This document shows, one piece after another, positions 1 through 9,121 of a stretch of DNA of 32,000 bases; positions within the stretch are counted from its first letter, which is position 1; each line of letters starts with the position of its first letter. The DNA lies in NCBI GenBank assembly GCA_020850015.1, contig JADZFF010000033.1:1-32000 (forward strand), in the 5' to 3' direction. Source of the stretch: Bdellovibrionales bacterium (GTDB lineage Bacteria > Bdellovibrionota > UBA1018 > JADZFF01). Below the pieces are notes generated by a model. It was given only the letters and a program-made list of their open reading frames with translations, did not search any database and was not told the DNA's origin. The position numbers were made by a program, and so were the translations under genes.

Positions 1-44
1 GGAACCCTGGCGGAGCTTGCGGACGATCTGTTAGGCTAAGCCGC

Positions 45-824
45 ATGCTGGGTTGGATTTTAGGTTTCAGCATGTTGGGCAGCGCGGGCGCGCTCGGCGT
101 GGCGTCGATTTTCCTCAAGCTCGACCCGCAGGGGCGCGAGCAGGCCGTGCCCCCGCTCCTGAGTTTCGCCACGGGGACGCTGCTCGGCGCGGCCTTCCTG
201 GGTCTTTTGCCCGAGGCGCTGGAGCTCGCACGGCCCGACGGCGTGTTCAGCGCGCTCCTGGCGGGCTTCGTGGCTTTTTTCGTACTCGAGAAAGCCGTGC
301 TCTGGCACCATTGCCAGCACGACGCAGGCTGCGTCGAGCACCTGGACCATCACCTGGATCCGCATCGTGGGCACGCGGCCGCGGGCCCTTTGATCCTCAT
401 CGGCGACGCGATCCACAAGTTCGTCGACGGCGTGGTGATCGCCACGAGCTTCATGGTGTCGGTGCCGATGGGAGTGGCCACCTCGCTCGCGATCGTGGCC
501 CACGAGATCCCGCATCAGGTGGGCGATTTCGCCATCCTTCTCAAGAGCGGATTCACGGCAGGGCGCGCGCTCCGTTTGAGCCTGCTCTCCGCGCTTGTGG
601 CGGTGGTCGGCGCCGTGGCGGCCTATTTCTTCCTTTCGTCCGTGCAGCCGGCGGTGCCCTACCTAATGGCCTTCGCGGCCTCGGGATTCATCTACATCGC
701 CGTGTCGGACCTCGTGCCCGGCCTGCACAAGTTCACGAACTTCTGGCACAGCGCCCTTCAGGTGGCTCTGATCGTGGCCGGCATGGTGACGATCGCGCTG
801 CTCAAGGGCGGCCACGCCCACTGA
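45..824 (+). CDS. ZIP-family divalent metal (Zn/Fe) transporter
   Basis: 259-aa ORF with multiple hydrophobic segments. It has a His-rich loop (HHCQHDAGCVEHLDHHLDPHRGH) and the ZIP signature HEIPHQVGDFAIL. Third codon positions are strongly G/C-biased in this frame. Confidence 0.85.
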   Translation: MLGWILGFSMLGSAGALGVASIFLKLDPQGREQAVPPLLSFATGTLLGAAFLGLLPEALELARPDGVFSALLAGFVAFFVLEKAVLWHHCQHDAGCVEHLDHHLDPHRGHAAAGPLILIGDAIHKFVDGVVIATSFMVSVPMGVATSLAIVAHEIPHQVGDFAILLKSGFTAGRALRLSLLSALVAVVGAVAAYFFLSSVQPAVPYLMAFAASGFIYIAVSDLVPGLHKFTNFWHSALQVALIVAGMVTIALLKGGHAH

Positions 825-2055
825 GGGCCGGCGCCACGCGCCCGAACCACAGGAGCGACATCAGGCTGAAGGCGAGCAGCAGCCCAAGCGTCACGGGCGA
901 AGCCGGCACCGCCGTGCCTGTCGCGATACGGCCGAGGGTGAGCGCGAGCCCCGTCGCCGCGCCCGCGAGCCGCGCCCATTCGAGCCGGATCGCCCAGGCT
1001 TTCCTCTCGAGCAGGCCACCCCAGGAGGCCACGCTGAGCAGGATGCAGGCGCAGAGCCCCGCGCGCAGGGGGGCCGGGATGACGTCCGGGTTCCACATGA
1101 GCGTGGTGAGGCCCGTGGCGAGCGCGGCGAACTGGATGAGAAGGTAGGGCTGGAGGGCGCGGGCGTAGGGTGGGTCCCACTTCTTGGCGCGTTTGTCGGG
1201 CACGGGGATCTCGTGGTGCTTCAGGCCCGTTCCGCGCCACTCGGGCGGCATCACCCAGAGCAGGAGCCCGTCCTTGAGGTTTCGCGCCTGGCGCGACTCG
1301 TTCCACAGGTGTGCGAAGGGCTCGATGTTGGCCCAGAGCGGGTTCCAGCTCTTGAAGGCGCGAACCGTGCCGTACACGGGCTCCTCGCGCTCTTCTTCGA
1401 AGGAGCGGAAGAGTCGGTCCCAAATGATGCTGATGCCGCCGTAGTTCTTGTCGATGTACTTCGGGTTCACGCCGTGGTGCACGCGGTGGTGCGAGGCCGT
1501 GTTGAACACCCATTCCAGGGGGCCGAGCTTGCCCACGAGCCGCGTGTGGATCCAGAACTGGTACAGGGTGTTGAGCGCGATCGAGATGAGCGTGACCTGC
1601 GGGGGCACGCCCACGAGCGCGAGCATCCCGTAGAAGGGGAAGGAGGTGAAGTTCGAGAACATCGCCTGCCGAAGCGCCACGCTGAGGTTGTACTCCTGGC
1701 TCTGGTGGTGCACGACGTGCACCGCCCAGAGCGCGTTCACGCGGTGGCTGAGCCGGTGCCACCAGTAGTAGGCGAGATCCACGCCCACCATCGCGATCAC
1801 CCAGGTGCTCCAGCGCGAGGGGTCGAGCTTCCAGATCGAGAAACGGTCGTAGACCAGGGTGTAAGCCGCCGCGATCCAGAGCGTGGTGAAGATCTGGAGG
1901 GTTTGCTGGCCGATGCCGCAGCCCAGGTCGGCGATGGAATCGTTGAGTCGGTACACATCCCGTCGTTTCCTCAGGGACATCACCCATTCGAAGGCGATCA
2001 GGGCGAAGAATCCGGGGATGGCCAGGGCGATGGCTTGGGAGGAGCTGGTAAGCAT
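802..2055 (-). CDS. fatty acid hydroxylase / sterol desaturase family membrane enzyme with an extra C-terminal multi-TM extension
   Basis: Three His boxes typical of the family are present (WWHRLSHRV, VHVVHHQSQ, HHRVHHG). ATG at 2055 (MLTSSSQAIALAIPGFF...) is preferred over the TTG at 2091 used by the ORF track. The 3' end overlaps the convergent ZIP gene by 23 nt. Confidence 0.85.
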   Translation of the reverse strand: MLTSSSQAIALAIPGFFALIAFEWVMSLRKRRDVYRLNDSIADLGCGIGQQTLQIFTTLWIAAAYTLVYDRFSIWKLDPSRWSTWVIAMVGVDLAYYWWHRLSHRVNALWAVHVVHHQSQEYNLSVALRQAMFSNFTSFPFYGMLALVGVPPQVTLISIALNTLYQFWIHTRLVGKLGPLEWVFNTASHHRVHHGVNPKYIDKNYGGISIIWDRLFRSFEEEREEPVYGTVRAFKSWNPLWANIEPFAHLWNESRQARNLKDGLLLWVMPPEWRGTGLKHHEIPVPDKRAKKWDPPYARALQPYLLIQFAALATGLTTLMWNPDVIPAPLRAGLCACILLSVASWGGLLERKAWAIRLEWARLAGAATGLALTLGRIATGTAVPASPVTLGLLLAFSLMSLLWFGRVAPALSGRGRP

Positions 2056-2265
2056 GATTTCACAGTAATCCCGCACTCCTAGGCGGGGCAATGAGTCGGA
2101 AAACTATTGCCTGACATGATATATCGGCTTTTGGTTTGACTGAATAAGTCGGGATTGGTAACCCCCGCCCATTGGACCGGGTCGTCTGCCGCCAGAACGA
2201 CTCACAAATGGGAGAGCACCCTGGGATTCAGGACGATGAGTCCCATCGGGTTTGCCGGAGGTATC

Positions 2266-3120
2266 ATGTCGTTCTTTTCAAAGATTCTTACGGCTTTGGG
2301 TCTGGCGTTGGCCTTTGGGATCGCGGCGCAACCCGCGGCGGCCTTGCCCCCGGGCACGGGCTTCCAGATGCAGCCCGACGGCGTGCACGTGCCGATGATT
2401 GAAGTCTCCACCGGCGTGGAGGTGGCCTCCTCTGAAGAAGCGGCCGTTCAAGTGCTTCTGGGCTTCGAGTACCGCGGCGTGGAAGGCGTGAAAGAGGGCA
2501 CCTACTGGGCCCGCGTTTACGTGGAAGGCGGGATGGATGTCATCGACGGCTCCGTGGGTAGCTTCCGCGTGGAGTTCACCCCCTACCGCGCGATCGGCGA
2601 ATCGAATCCGGTGCCGATTTCCTGGGAGACGCGCCTTTTCAATACCGTGATCGCGCACGACGAGCGAACCGGCCAGGATCTCGACGGCACGATCAAGCTC
2701 TTCGGCTTCCGCGGCGGGCTCTTTCTGCCCGCCTCCGATCCGGGCGACTTCGAAGCCATGATCGTCGTGGCGCTCGAGGCCTTGGGCGGCCACATCCGCC
2801 AGTTCGCCGAGCACGAGCTCGAAACTTTCTACGGCGCTTACGTGGCCGGGGCCTCGCTCGAAGCCACCTTCGGTTGGCAGCTCAACGAGGACTTCAAGAT
2901 CACGGGCACCTTCGGCGTGGGCGGCGATCTCTCGATGGGCTCTTCGGGCGGCGACTTCACGGCGCTCGTCGACTCCGAGATGCACCTGAACTTCGTGCTC
3001 AGCTGGCGCAACATGATCGACTTCATCATCGGCGGATCGCTCGAGAACTACGCCGACACGGGCAACGACCGCTCGGTGGGCGTGGCGAAGTTCCTCGCGA
3101 GCCTGCGGTTCCGGTTCTGA
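2266..3120 (+). CDS. exported protein, putative outer-membrane beta-barrel-type protein
   Basis: ATG at 2266 is preceded by GGAGG (2257-2261). The signal-peptide-like N-terminus is MSFFSKILTALGLALAFGIAAQPAAA. The C-terminal region has alternating hydrophobic residues and ends LASLRFRF, a terminal aromatic as in OMP beta-signals. The stop lies 13 nt before the PLD gene at 3134. Confidence 0.6.
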   Translation: MSFFSKILTALGLALAFGIAAQPAAALPPGTGFQMQPDGVHVPMIEVSTGVEVASSEEAAVQVLLGFEYRGVEGVKEGTYWARVYVEGGMDVIDGSVGSFRVEFTPYRAIGESNPVPISWETRLFNTVIAHDERTGQDLDGTIKLFGFRGGLFLPASDPGDFEAMIVVALEALGGHIRQFAEHELETFYGAYVAGASLEATFGWQLNEDFKITGTFGVGGDLSMGSSGGDFTALVDSEMHLNFVLSWRNMIDFIIGGSLENYADTGNDRSVGVAKFLASLRFRF

Positions 3121-3133
3121 GGGGGCGGCTCAG

Positions 3134-4969
3134 ATGATCCCCCTTCGCTCAGCGCTTCTGGTGTCAGTGGTCCTGGCCTCCGCTTTCGCCGGCCAGGCTC
3201 AGGCGGGCGGCCGCAGAGCGCCCCGGATCGATCTCAATGAGCTTGCCCGCTACTATGCGGAACAGTCCGGCGGCCTCGTGCCGCTGGCGCCCGGCGCCCA
3301 TGGCCGCGGCGGGCACCTGCGTTTCACCTGGGACGAGCGCAAGCGGCCGAAGCGCATTCGCACGGTGCAGCCTTTGGACTACCACCTGAACCAGGGCCTG
3401 TTCGGCTTCGACGAGGAGCGGTTCCTCCGCGCCGAGGGCGCGGCCGATCTCGTGGATGCGCATTGGAGCTGGTACTCGCGCAAGGACTTCAACCTCTCCA
3501 CCCAGCATCACGACCAGGACTACTACTACCTCGAAGGCTGGGAGCACCTCTTCCACCCTCCGGTGAAAGAGATGACGCTCCCGAAGGAGCGCTACTTCAA
3601 GGAGTTCACGCCCGAGGTTCCGCACCTGGCGAACTGGGCCGACGGTCACGAGTACTTCAGCCCCGAGTTCCAGAAGAACATCGACCGGCTCACGGGCACG
3701 CAGCTCACCTACGGCAACCGTCTAACGATGCTCCCGAACAGCCAGGCTTACGCGGCTAAGATGGATCTCGTGAAGCGTGCCCGGCGCTCGCTCTACGTCG
3801 GCGTGATGTTCTGGGCTTGCGACGCCACCTCGAGCGCGCTTCGCGACGAGCTCGTGAAGAAGATGCGCGAGGGCGTGGAGGTCCGCCTGGTCACCGAACG
3901 CTTCTATCGTGAGTTCCTGGGCCGCCGCTGCATCGACCGGATCGAGCAGCTGGGCATCCCCGTGCTCGTGATCGGCGACTCCTTCAACTCCGAAACCTCC
4001 ACCTCCGCCTATCACCAGAAGTTCTGGATCCGCGACGGCGAGGAAGTGATCCTGGGCGGCATGAACATCCTGGACTACGAGAACGAGGCCTCGGGCTTCA
4101 ACGGGATGAACCGCGACACCGACGTGCGCGTGGTGGGCCCCTCCGCGAAGGACGCGCAGGCCTCTTTCATGCGCATGTGGAAGCGCTACTCCACGGCGCA
4201 GGCTCAGCGCGACTGGGCCGACGAGCGCCTGCGCGAGACCGAAGCCGAGCAGGCCGCGGAGGCCGCGCGCGGCGTACGCGGCCAAGCGAACTACGCCACC
4301 TGGTTGGGTTCGCCCGAGACGCGGATGAACGGCATCTGCCGCACGAACTTCCAGGGCACCATGGCCCGCGTGGAGCCGATCGCCCCGGTGGTGGAGGAGC
4401 ACCTGCGCGCCGCGCGCAAGCTCACCGTGTTCTCCACTCCCGACATCACCTTCAGCCTGGATGACCCCGCGAACGCCGAGCACCTCGATTCGCGCATCGC
4501 GCGCATCATGCGCCTCCTCACGGAGCGCAACTCGTCCACCGATCCGGTGCTCCGCATGCTCACGAACGGCGAGGCCGGGGGGGCGGGCGAGGTGTCGATC
4601 TGGATGCAGTACCGCACCATGGAGGCTCAGCAACACGGCAGCGCCTTCGCTGAGCAGTTCATGCGCCAGTGGAAGACCGTGGTGAGCCGCCGCGCCGCCG
4701 CCGGGAACCGGAAGCACTCCACCGAGGTGATGCACCAGAACCCGCAGTTCCGCGCCTACACGCACATGAACTACGTGCACGAGAAGGTGTTCCTCTTCGA
4801 CCGGATCGCCTCGTTCATCAGTTCCTGGAACCTCGACCTGAACTCGGCCGACATCAACCACGAGGTCTCCGTGACCTGCCTGGACGAGAGCCTGCGCCAG
4901 CAGCTCGAGCATGAGCTGGCGCTCGATCTGGCGAACGCCGTGCCGATGGTGAGCAGGAACGGGAAATAG
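3134..4969 (+). CDS. exported phospholipase D superfamily protein with two HKD motifs (PLD-1)
   Basis: The signal-like N-terminus is MIPLRSALLVSVVLASAFAGQAQA. HKD1 is HQKFWIRDGEEVILGGMN and HKD2 is HEKVFLFDRIASFISSWN. It is a clear paralogue of the 6077-7975 product. Confidence 0.85.
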   Translation: MIPLRSALLVSVVLASAFAGQAQAGGRRAPRIDLNELARYYAEQSGGLVPLAPGAHGRGGHLRFTWDERKRPKRIRTVQPLDYHLNQGLFGFDEERFLRAEGAADLVDAHWSWYSRKDFNLSTQHHDQDYYYLEGWEHLFHPPVKEMTLPKERYFKEFTPEVPHLANWADGHEYFSPEFQKNIDRLTGTQLTYGNRLTMLPNSQAYAAKMDLVKRARRSLYVGVMFWACDATSSALRDELVKKMREGVEVRLVTERFYREFLGRRCIDRIEQLGIPVLVIGDSFNSETSTSAYHQKFWIRDGEEVILGGMNILDYENEASGFNGMNRDTDVRVVGPSAKDAQASFMRMWKRYSTAQAQRDWADERLRETEAEQAAEAARGVRGQANYATWLGSPETRMNGICRTNFQGTMARVEPIAPVVEEHLRAARKLTVFSTPDITFSLDDPANAEHLDSRIARIMRLLTERNSSTDPVLRMLTNGEAGGAGEVSIWMQYRTMEAQQHGSAFAEQFMRQWKTVVSRRAAAGNRKHSTEVMHQNPQFRAYTHMNYVHEKVFLFDRIASFISSWNLDLNSADINHEVSVTCLDESLRQQLEHELALDLANAVPMVSRNGK

Positions 4970-5007
4970 ATAGACCGGGCTCCCGGACCCTTGGCCCTGG
5001 GCTCGCG

Positions 5008-5030
5008 CACGAGAAAATCTCGTGTTTTTT
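5008..5030 (+). terminator. candidate Rho-independent terminator downstream of PLD-1
   Basis: The stem is cacgag (5008-5013) paired with ctcgtg (5019-5024), with loop aaaat, followed by T6 (5025-5030). It lies about 40 nt after the stop at 4969. The stem is short (6 bp), so confidence is only moderate. Confidence 0.5.
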
Positions 5031-5107
5031 CCTTCGAGCGCGCTCTCGGCGGGATTTTCACCAGAAAACCTCGTGCGGCGCGCGGGTGGCGTTGATAGGG
5101 TCGGGGC

Positions 5108-5872
5108 GTGAGCAAGCAAGCCCCGAGTAAGGCCAGAGGCCGTTTAAGCGCGCGATCCTCCGCGCCCGCGCCGGCGTCTCGGCCCGCGCCCGCCGCTTCC
5201 GGCGCATTTCTGGCCGTCTCCGCCGGTCTGGGCTTCCTCGGCGCGGCGGTGAGCTCCTTTTACGCCGACCCGGCGGGGCATCTGCTGATCTGCAGGCTCG
5301 CGCTCGCCGCGCTCGCGGCCCGCGTGCTGCTCGCCGCGGCGATCCCGGGGCTCCGGCCCCGCCTCGCGAGCTCCGCCTGGCTGCTCGCGGGCGCGGGATT
5401 GGGCACGCTCGTGGCGCACCCCGCGATCTGGAACTGGGTGTTTCTGGCGCCCGCGGTGGTGCTGGCCGGAGTGGCCGCGCCTTTCGTGGCGCGCTCGCCC
5501 AGCGGCCCTGACGGGAACCAACTCCCCTTCGTACCGGAACGCGCGGCCGGGCGGGTGGGGGCCCTGTTCGTGGGCGCGGCGCTTTTGATCGGCAACGCCA
5601 ACCATCTCCTCGACTTTAGCGAAGCACCGCTCGTGCGGGCGGAGTGGCTGGGCGTGGAGCCGGGCGGGTTCGGTGGGCACCTGATTCGGCTCACTCCGCG
5701 CGAACCCGTGGACCGGTTTTCCCCGGTGTGGCGCGCGCGCGGCCTGGGCGCGCTCGCGGAGCTCAGGCCCGGAGCGCCCGTGCTGGTGCGGCAGGGTGCC
5801 GGGCTCTTCGGCGCCGCCTGGCTTCGGGAGCTTCGGCCCGACGCCGGCCGCTCGGCGCCGTCAGGCTCCTGA
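5108..5872 (+). CDS. hypothetical polytopic membrane protein (4-5 hydrophobic segments)
   Basis: GTG-start ORF with strong G/C third-position bias in this frame. It has a basic Ala/Pro-rich N-terminus, then hydrophobic stretches (GAFLAVSAGLGFLGAAVSSFY, LALAALAARVLLAAAIPGL, SAWLLAGAGLGTLVA, WVFLAPAVVLAGVAAPFVA, VGALFVGAALLIG), then a roughly 90-aa soluble tail. I recognised no family. Confidence 0.6.
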   Translation: MSKQAPSKARGRLSARSSAPAPASRPAPAASGAFLAVSAGLGFLGAAVSSFYADPAGHLLICRLALAALAARVLLAAAIPGLRPRLASSAWLLAGAGLGTLVAHPAIWNWVFLAPAVVLAGVAAPFVARSPSGPDGNQLPFVPERAAGRVGALFVGAALLIGNANHLLDFSEAPLVRAEWLGVEPGGFGGHLIRLTPREPVDRFSPVWRARGLGALAELRPGAPVLVRQGAGLFGAAWLRELRPDAGRSAPSGS

Positions 5873-6076
5873 CGATTGCGGGGCTCGCGCGCAAGACCTG
5901 TGAGCGGCGTGAGTTCTCTGTCAGAATTTGCCCCGCACGCCCTTGCCGGCTTGCATCGCTCATCTCTTCTCCCGCACACTTGAGGCAATACATCGGGGGG
6001 ATGAATGGTTCCTTTTCACGGACGGATGGGAACCGGTCGGGCACGGGTGTCCGCACTGGTTGGAAGAAAGTACGCC

Positions 6077-7975
6077 ATGGCTCTGGCGGCCACGATGGCC
6101 GCGCTCCTGGCGAACGCCGGTTCGCCCGCGCTCGCGGCCGGGAAGAAGCGGCCCGAGCCCCCCGCGGGCTCAGGCCCGGTGACGATCATCCCCACGCCCC
6201 CGGGCGACACGCCGGCTCAGTCGGCCGCCCGCCCCGCGGTCACCGCCGCGATGGACGCGATGTGGATGAAGGCCGACCCGCCCAGCCCCATCGAGGGCCC
6301 GGGCGGCGAGGCCTGGACGGAGGAGACGGACCCTCCCATGGAGTGGCTGATCCCCTACTACGACGCCGTGACCGGGGGCCTGATCTCGCCCGCGCCGGCC
6401 GCCGCCCCGGACACGCCCGCGCAGGATTACTTCCAGCTCGACGTGGAGGGCTTCCTGGGTCGCACCCGTCACGCCGACTTCGCCGAGGCCAAACGGGCCT
6501 TCTACGGCAACCTGGATTTCGATACCAAGCGCCAGAAGCACGAGGAGCCGTACTATTACATGGTGCCCTGGAAGCTCCTCTTCCACCCGCCCATCAAGCG
6601 GCTCTCACTCCCGCGCGCCCGCTACCATTCGGGCATGCAGGCCTGGGATCCCGCGGCCCACGAGTCGCCCTACTTCGAGCCGCGCCTCCAGTGGGACATC
6701 GACTTCAAGACCGGCACTGAGATGACCTACGGGAACGAGCTGGAGCTCCGCCCCAACCAGAGCTCCTACCGCGAGCGCCTGCGCATGCTGCGCGAGGCGA
6801 AGAAGTACTTCTTCGGCACCGTGATGTTCTACACCTGCGACACCACGGGCAACGAGTTCCTCGAGGAGCTGATCCGCCGGAAGAAGGAAGGCATCGACGT
6901 GCGCATGATCGTGGAGGGGCTCTACGCCTACACGATCAATCGCAAGTGCATCGACCGCATGATCAAGGGCGGCGTGGACGTGATCCGGGTGGACGACTTC
7001 TGGAAGCCCACCTCCTTCATCTCCGTGCTGCACAACAAGTTCTGGATCCGGGACGGCGAGGAGGCCGTGATCGGCGGGCAGAACTTCCACGATTTCGCCA
7101 ACACCTCCGACGGCTTCCACCTCACGCGCGATACCGACGTGTGGGTCAAGCGCGGCCCCTCGGTGACGGATCTCGAGTACGAGTACCTGCGCCTCTGGAA
7201 GCGCTACGCCAAGAAGCGCAAGAACCAGCCCGCCGAGCCCTACCTTTCGGCCGTGGCCGCGAGGATCGAAAAGGAGCGCCAGACCCGCGTCCGCGGGCGC
7301 CTGAGCTACTCCTACTGGCTCTCTGACCCCGCGAAGCGCATGAACGGCATCTGCCGCGTGATGGTGCAGGATCGCATGGCTTCCCGCCAGGCCATAGCGC
7401 CCCTCCTGATCGACTACATCAACGCGGCGAAGAGCCACGTGTTCATGACCACGCCGAGCGTGAAGTTCAACAAGAAGGACAAGGTGAAGAAGCCCAAGCT
7501 CGAGGACGAGCTTTTCTTCGCCTACCAGCGCGCCGCGAACGAGCGGGGCGTGAAGCTCGATCTCGTCTCCAACGGACTGGCCGGCGGCATGGGCGACATG
7601 CAGAACTTCTTCGAGAAGTTCCTCGACTCGGACAGCCTCAAGAACAAGAAGCTCATCAAGAAGCTGATCCGGAGCCTGGGCGTGTCCATGAGCGAGAACG
7701 GCGCCGAGAAGGACCGCGACCACATGCTCAAGGTGCTGGAGAAGGTGCCGGGCTCGCGAGCCTGGGGCTACTTCCAGTTCCTGCACGCCAAGACCCAGCT
7801 CTTCGACCGCACGCTCGCCGGCGTGACGAGCTTCAACTGGGACGGGCACTCCTCGCGCACGAACCACGAATCCGGGATTTTCTGTCTGGACCGCAAGCTC
7901 GTGAACCAGCTTGAGGAGCAGATGGTCATGGACCTCATCAACTCCGTGCCCATCGTGAGCCGCAACGGGTTTTAG
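6077..7975 (+). CDS. exported phospholipase D superfamily protein with two HKD motifs (PLD-2)
   Basis: HKD1 is HNKFWIRDGEEAVIGGQN and HKD2 is HAKTQLFDRTLAGVTSFN. The preferred start is ATG 6077 (MALAATMAALLANAGSPALAAG, signal-like) with ggaag upstream. In-frame alternatives exist at 6005 and 6026. Confidence 0.85.
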   Translation: MALAATMAALLANAGSPALAAGKKRPEPPAGSGPVTIIPTPPGDTPAQSAARPAVTAAMDAMWMKADPPSPIEGPGGEAWTEETDPPMEWLIPYYDAVTGGLISPAPAAAPDTPAQDYFQLDVEGFLGRTRHADFAEAKRAFYGNLDFDTKRQKHEEPYYYMVPWKLLFHPPIKRLSLPRARYHSGMQAWDPAAHESPYFEPRLQWDIDFKTGTEMTYGNELELRPNQSSYRERLRMLREAKKYFFGTVMFYTCDTTGNEFLEELIRRKKEGIDVRMIVEGLYAYTINRKCIDRMIKGGVDVIRVDDFWKPTSFISVLHNKFWIRDGEEAVIGGQNFHDFANTSDGFHLTRDTDVWVKRGPSVTDLEYEYLRLWKRYAKKRKNQPAEPYLSAVAARIEKERQTRVRGRLSYSYWLSDPAKRMNGICRVMVQDRMASRQAIAPLLIDYINAAKSHVFMTTPSVKFNKKDKVKKPKLEDELFFAYQRAANERGVKLDLVSNGLAGGMGDMQNFFEKFLDSDSLKNKKLIKKLIRSLGVSMSENGAEKDRDHMLKVLEKVPGSRAWGYFQFLHAKTQLFDRTLAGVTSFNWDGHSSRTNHESGIFCLDRKLVNQLEEQMVMDLINSVPIVSRNGF

Positions 7976-8071
7976 GGGGTTTCAGCAGGGGCGACGACAC
8001 CAGCGGCCAGCTCGGCGACGGCAGGACATCCACTGCTCACCGTCGCCGGTCGGAGTGGACCTCACCGGGAT

Positions 8072-9121
8072 CTAGAGCAGGCTCGCCTGCACGCCCAGAG
8101 TCGCCGTGTTGAGCACGAGCGAGTTGCCTTGCAGCTCCGACTCGTAACGCGCGTCCGTGAGATCGAGCGTGATCGCCCAGCCCCACCTATTGGGTTTCGA
8201 GAGCAGCTGCACCCCGCCCCCGATCGCGAGCTCGCGATGGGAGAGCGAGATGCCTTCGCGAATGTCGCCGATCGGGGCGTACTTGAGGTAACCGAACCAG
8301 CCCCGCCCCTCCTTGGGAAACTTCGCGGCCGAGAGAAAGAGCTGCGGCCCGGAAAGCAGGTCCACGCCGTACGCGCGGCCCTCGGTGCGCATCGTCCAGA
8401 GGTACCAGCCCGTGAGGAGTTTCCAGGTGGCCCCGGCCCACCTCGCGGGCAGGGTGAACCCGAAGCGGCCGTTGACACCCAGAAAGCGGACGCTGTTGAT
8501 GGTGCTAGGCGAGTGTGTCAGGGACACGACGTTGAAAAAGATGTTGGCGCCGAGGTCGATCTTTCCGGGCAGGAGCGGATACGCGGCCACGAACTTCGGC
8601 GTGAGCGCCACCTCGGAGAGCCGGATGTTCCCGGGATCCTCGCGGTAGGCGAGGTAAGTCCACCCGAGGCCCGCGCTCAGGGTCAGGCGCCGCGCTCCGG
8701 GCTTCCGCTCCTTCTCGGGCGCGTTTTTCCGCCATGCGCCCTCGTGCGAGCGAACGAGCACGACCTCGGTCTGGATCTCGCCAAGGGGGCTCACGGCCAC
8801 GAAGGTCACCTTCGTGATCTCGGAGCGCACGGGCACGACGATGTCGAACTGCCCCGTGCTCATGAGCTCGATGCGCTGCCGAGGAGCCGATAGGAGCCAG
8901 TTTTTCCTCTCGAAACGGCCCTGAAGCCTGATCTTGAGCGGGGCTTCGCCCGGTTTCTCGCCGGGCTCACGGAGGTACGAAAGCCCCTTCGAAATCCAGG
9001 TCAGTCCCTGGATGCGGCTCCGGGTCTCGGGCGGCCGAATCAGCACGGCGTCGGTGGGCTCTTCGGCCGCGCGCGCATCGGCGCAGAAGAGAGCCAGAGC
9101 CGCGAGCAGGAGCGCGCTCAT
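8072..9121 (-). CDS. exported protein with C-terminal beta-barrel-like domain (putative outer-membrane protein)
   Basis: ATG at 9121 gives MSALLLAALALFCADARAAEE, a signal-like N-terminus. This start overlaps the stop of the upstream gene as ATGA (9121-9118). The C-terminal roughly 220 aa show amphipathic strand-like patterning beginning RRLTLSAGLGWTYLAY. The track's longer ORF (to 9568) adds only low-complexity Arg/Ala/Pro sequence. Confidence 0.65.
   Translation of the reverse strand: MSALLLAALALFCADARAAEEPTDAVLIRPPETRSRIQGLTWISKGLSYLREPGEKPGEAPLKIRLQGRFERKNWLLSAPRQRIELMSTGQFDIVVPVRSEITKVTFVAVSPLGEIQTEVVLVRSHEGAWRKNAPEKERKPGARRLTLSAGLGWTYLAYREDPGNIRLSEVALTPKFVAAYPLLPGKIDLGANIFFNVVSLTHSPSTINSVRFLGVNGRFGFTLPARWAGATWKLLTGWYLWTMRTEGRAYGVDLLSGPQLFLSAAKFPKEGRGWFGYLKYAPIGDIREGISLSHRELAIGGGVQLLSKPNRWGWAITLDLTDARYESELQGNSLVLNTATLGVQASLL

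Noticed and set aside
53-1987. Long ORFs 53-1147 (+) and 758-1987 (-) overlapping the ZIP and hydroxylase genes
   Set aside because: Their translations are Arg/Ala/Pro/Gly-rich low-complexity sequence, typical of out-of-frame or antisense reading of GC-rich genes. The ZIP and hydroxylase frames carry recognisable family motifs and the G/C third-position bias.
3722-7867. Antisense ORFs 3722-5119 (-) and 6605-7867 (-) of 420-465 aa opposite PLD-1 and PLD-2
   Set aside because: These are shadow ORFs of a GC-rich genome. They have no motifs and a His/Arg/Gly/Val-rich repetitive composition, and the sense frames encode complete HKD proteins.
8014-8047. Hairpin ggcgacgg...ccgtcgcc between the convergent PLD-2 and barrel-like genes as a terminator
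   Set aside because: It has an 8-bp stem but an 18-nt loop and no U/T tract on either strand, so it is not reported as a feature.
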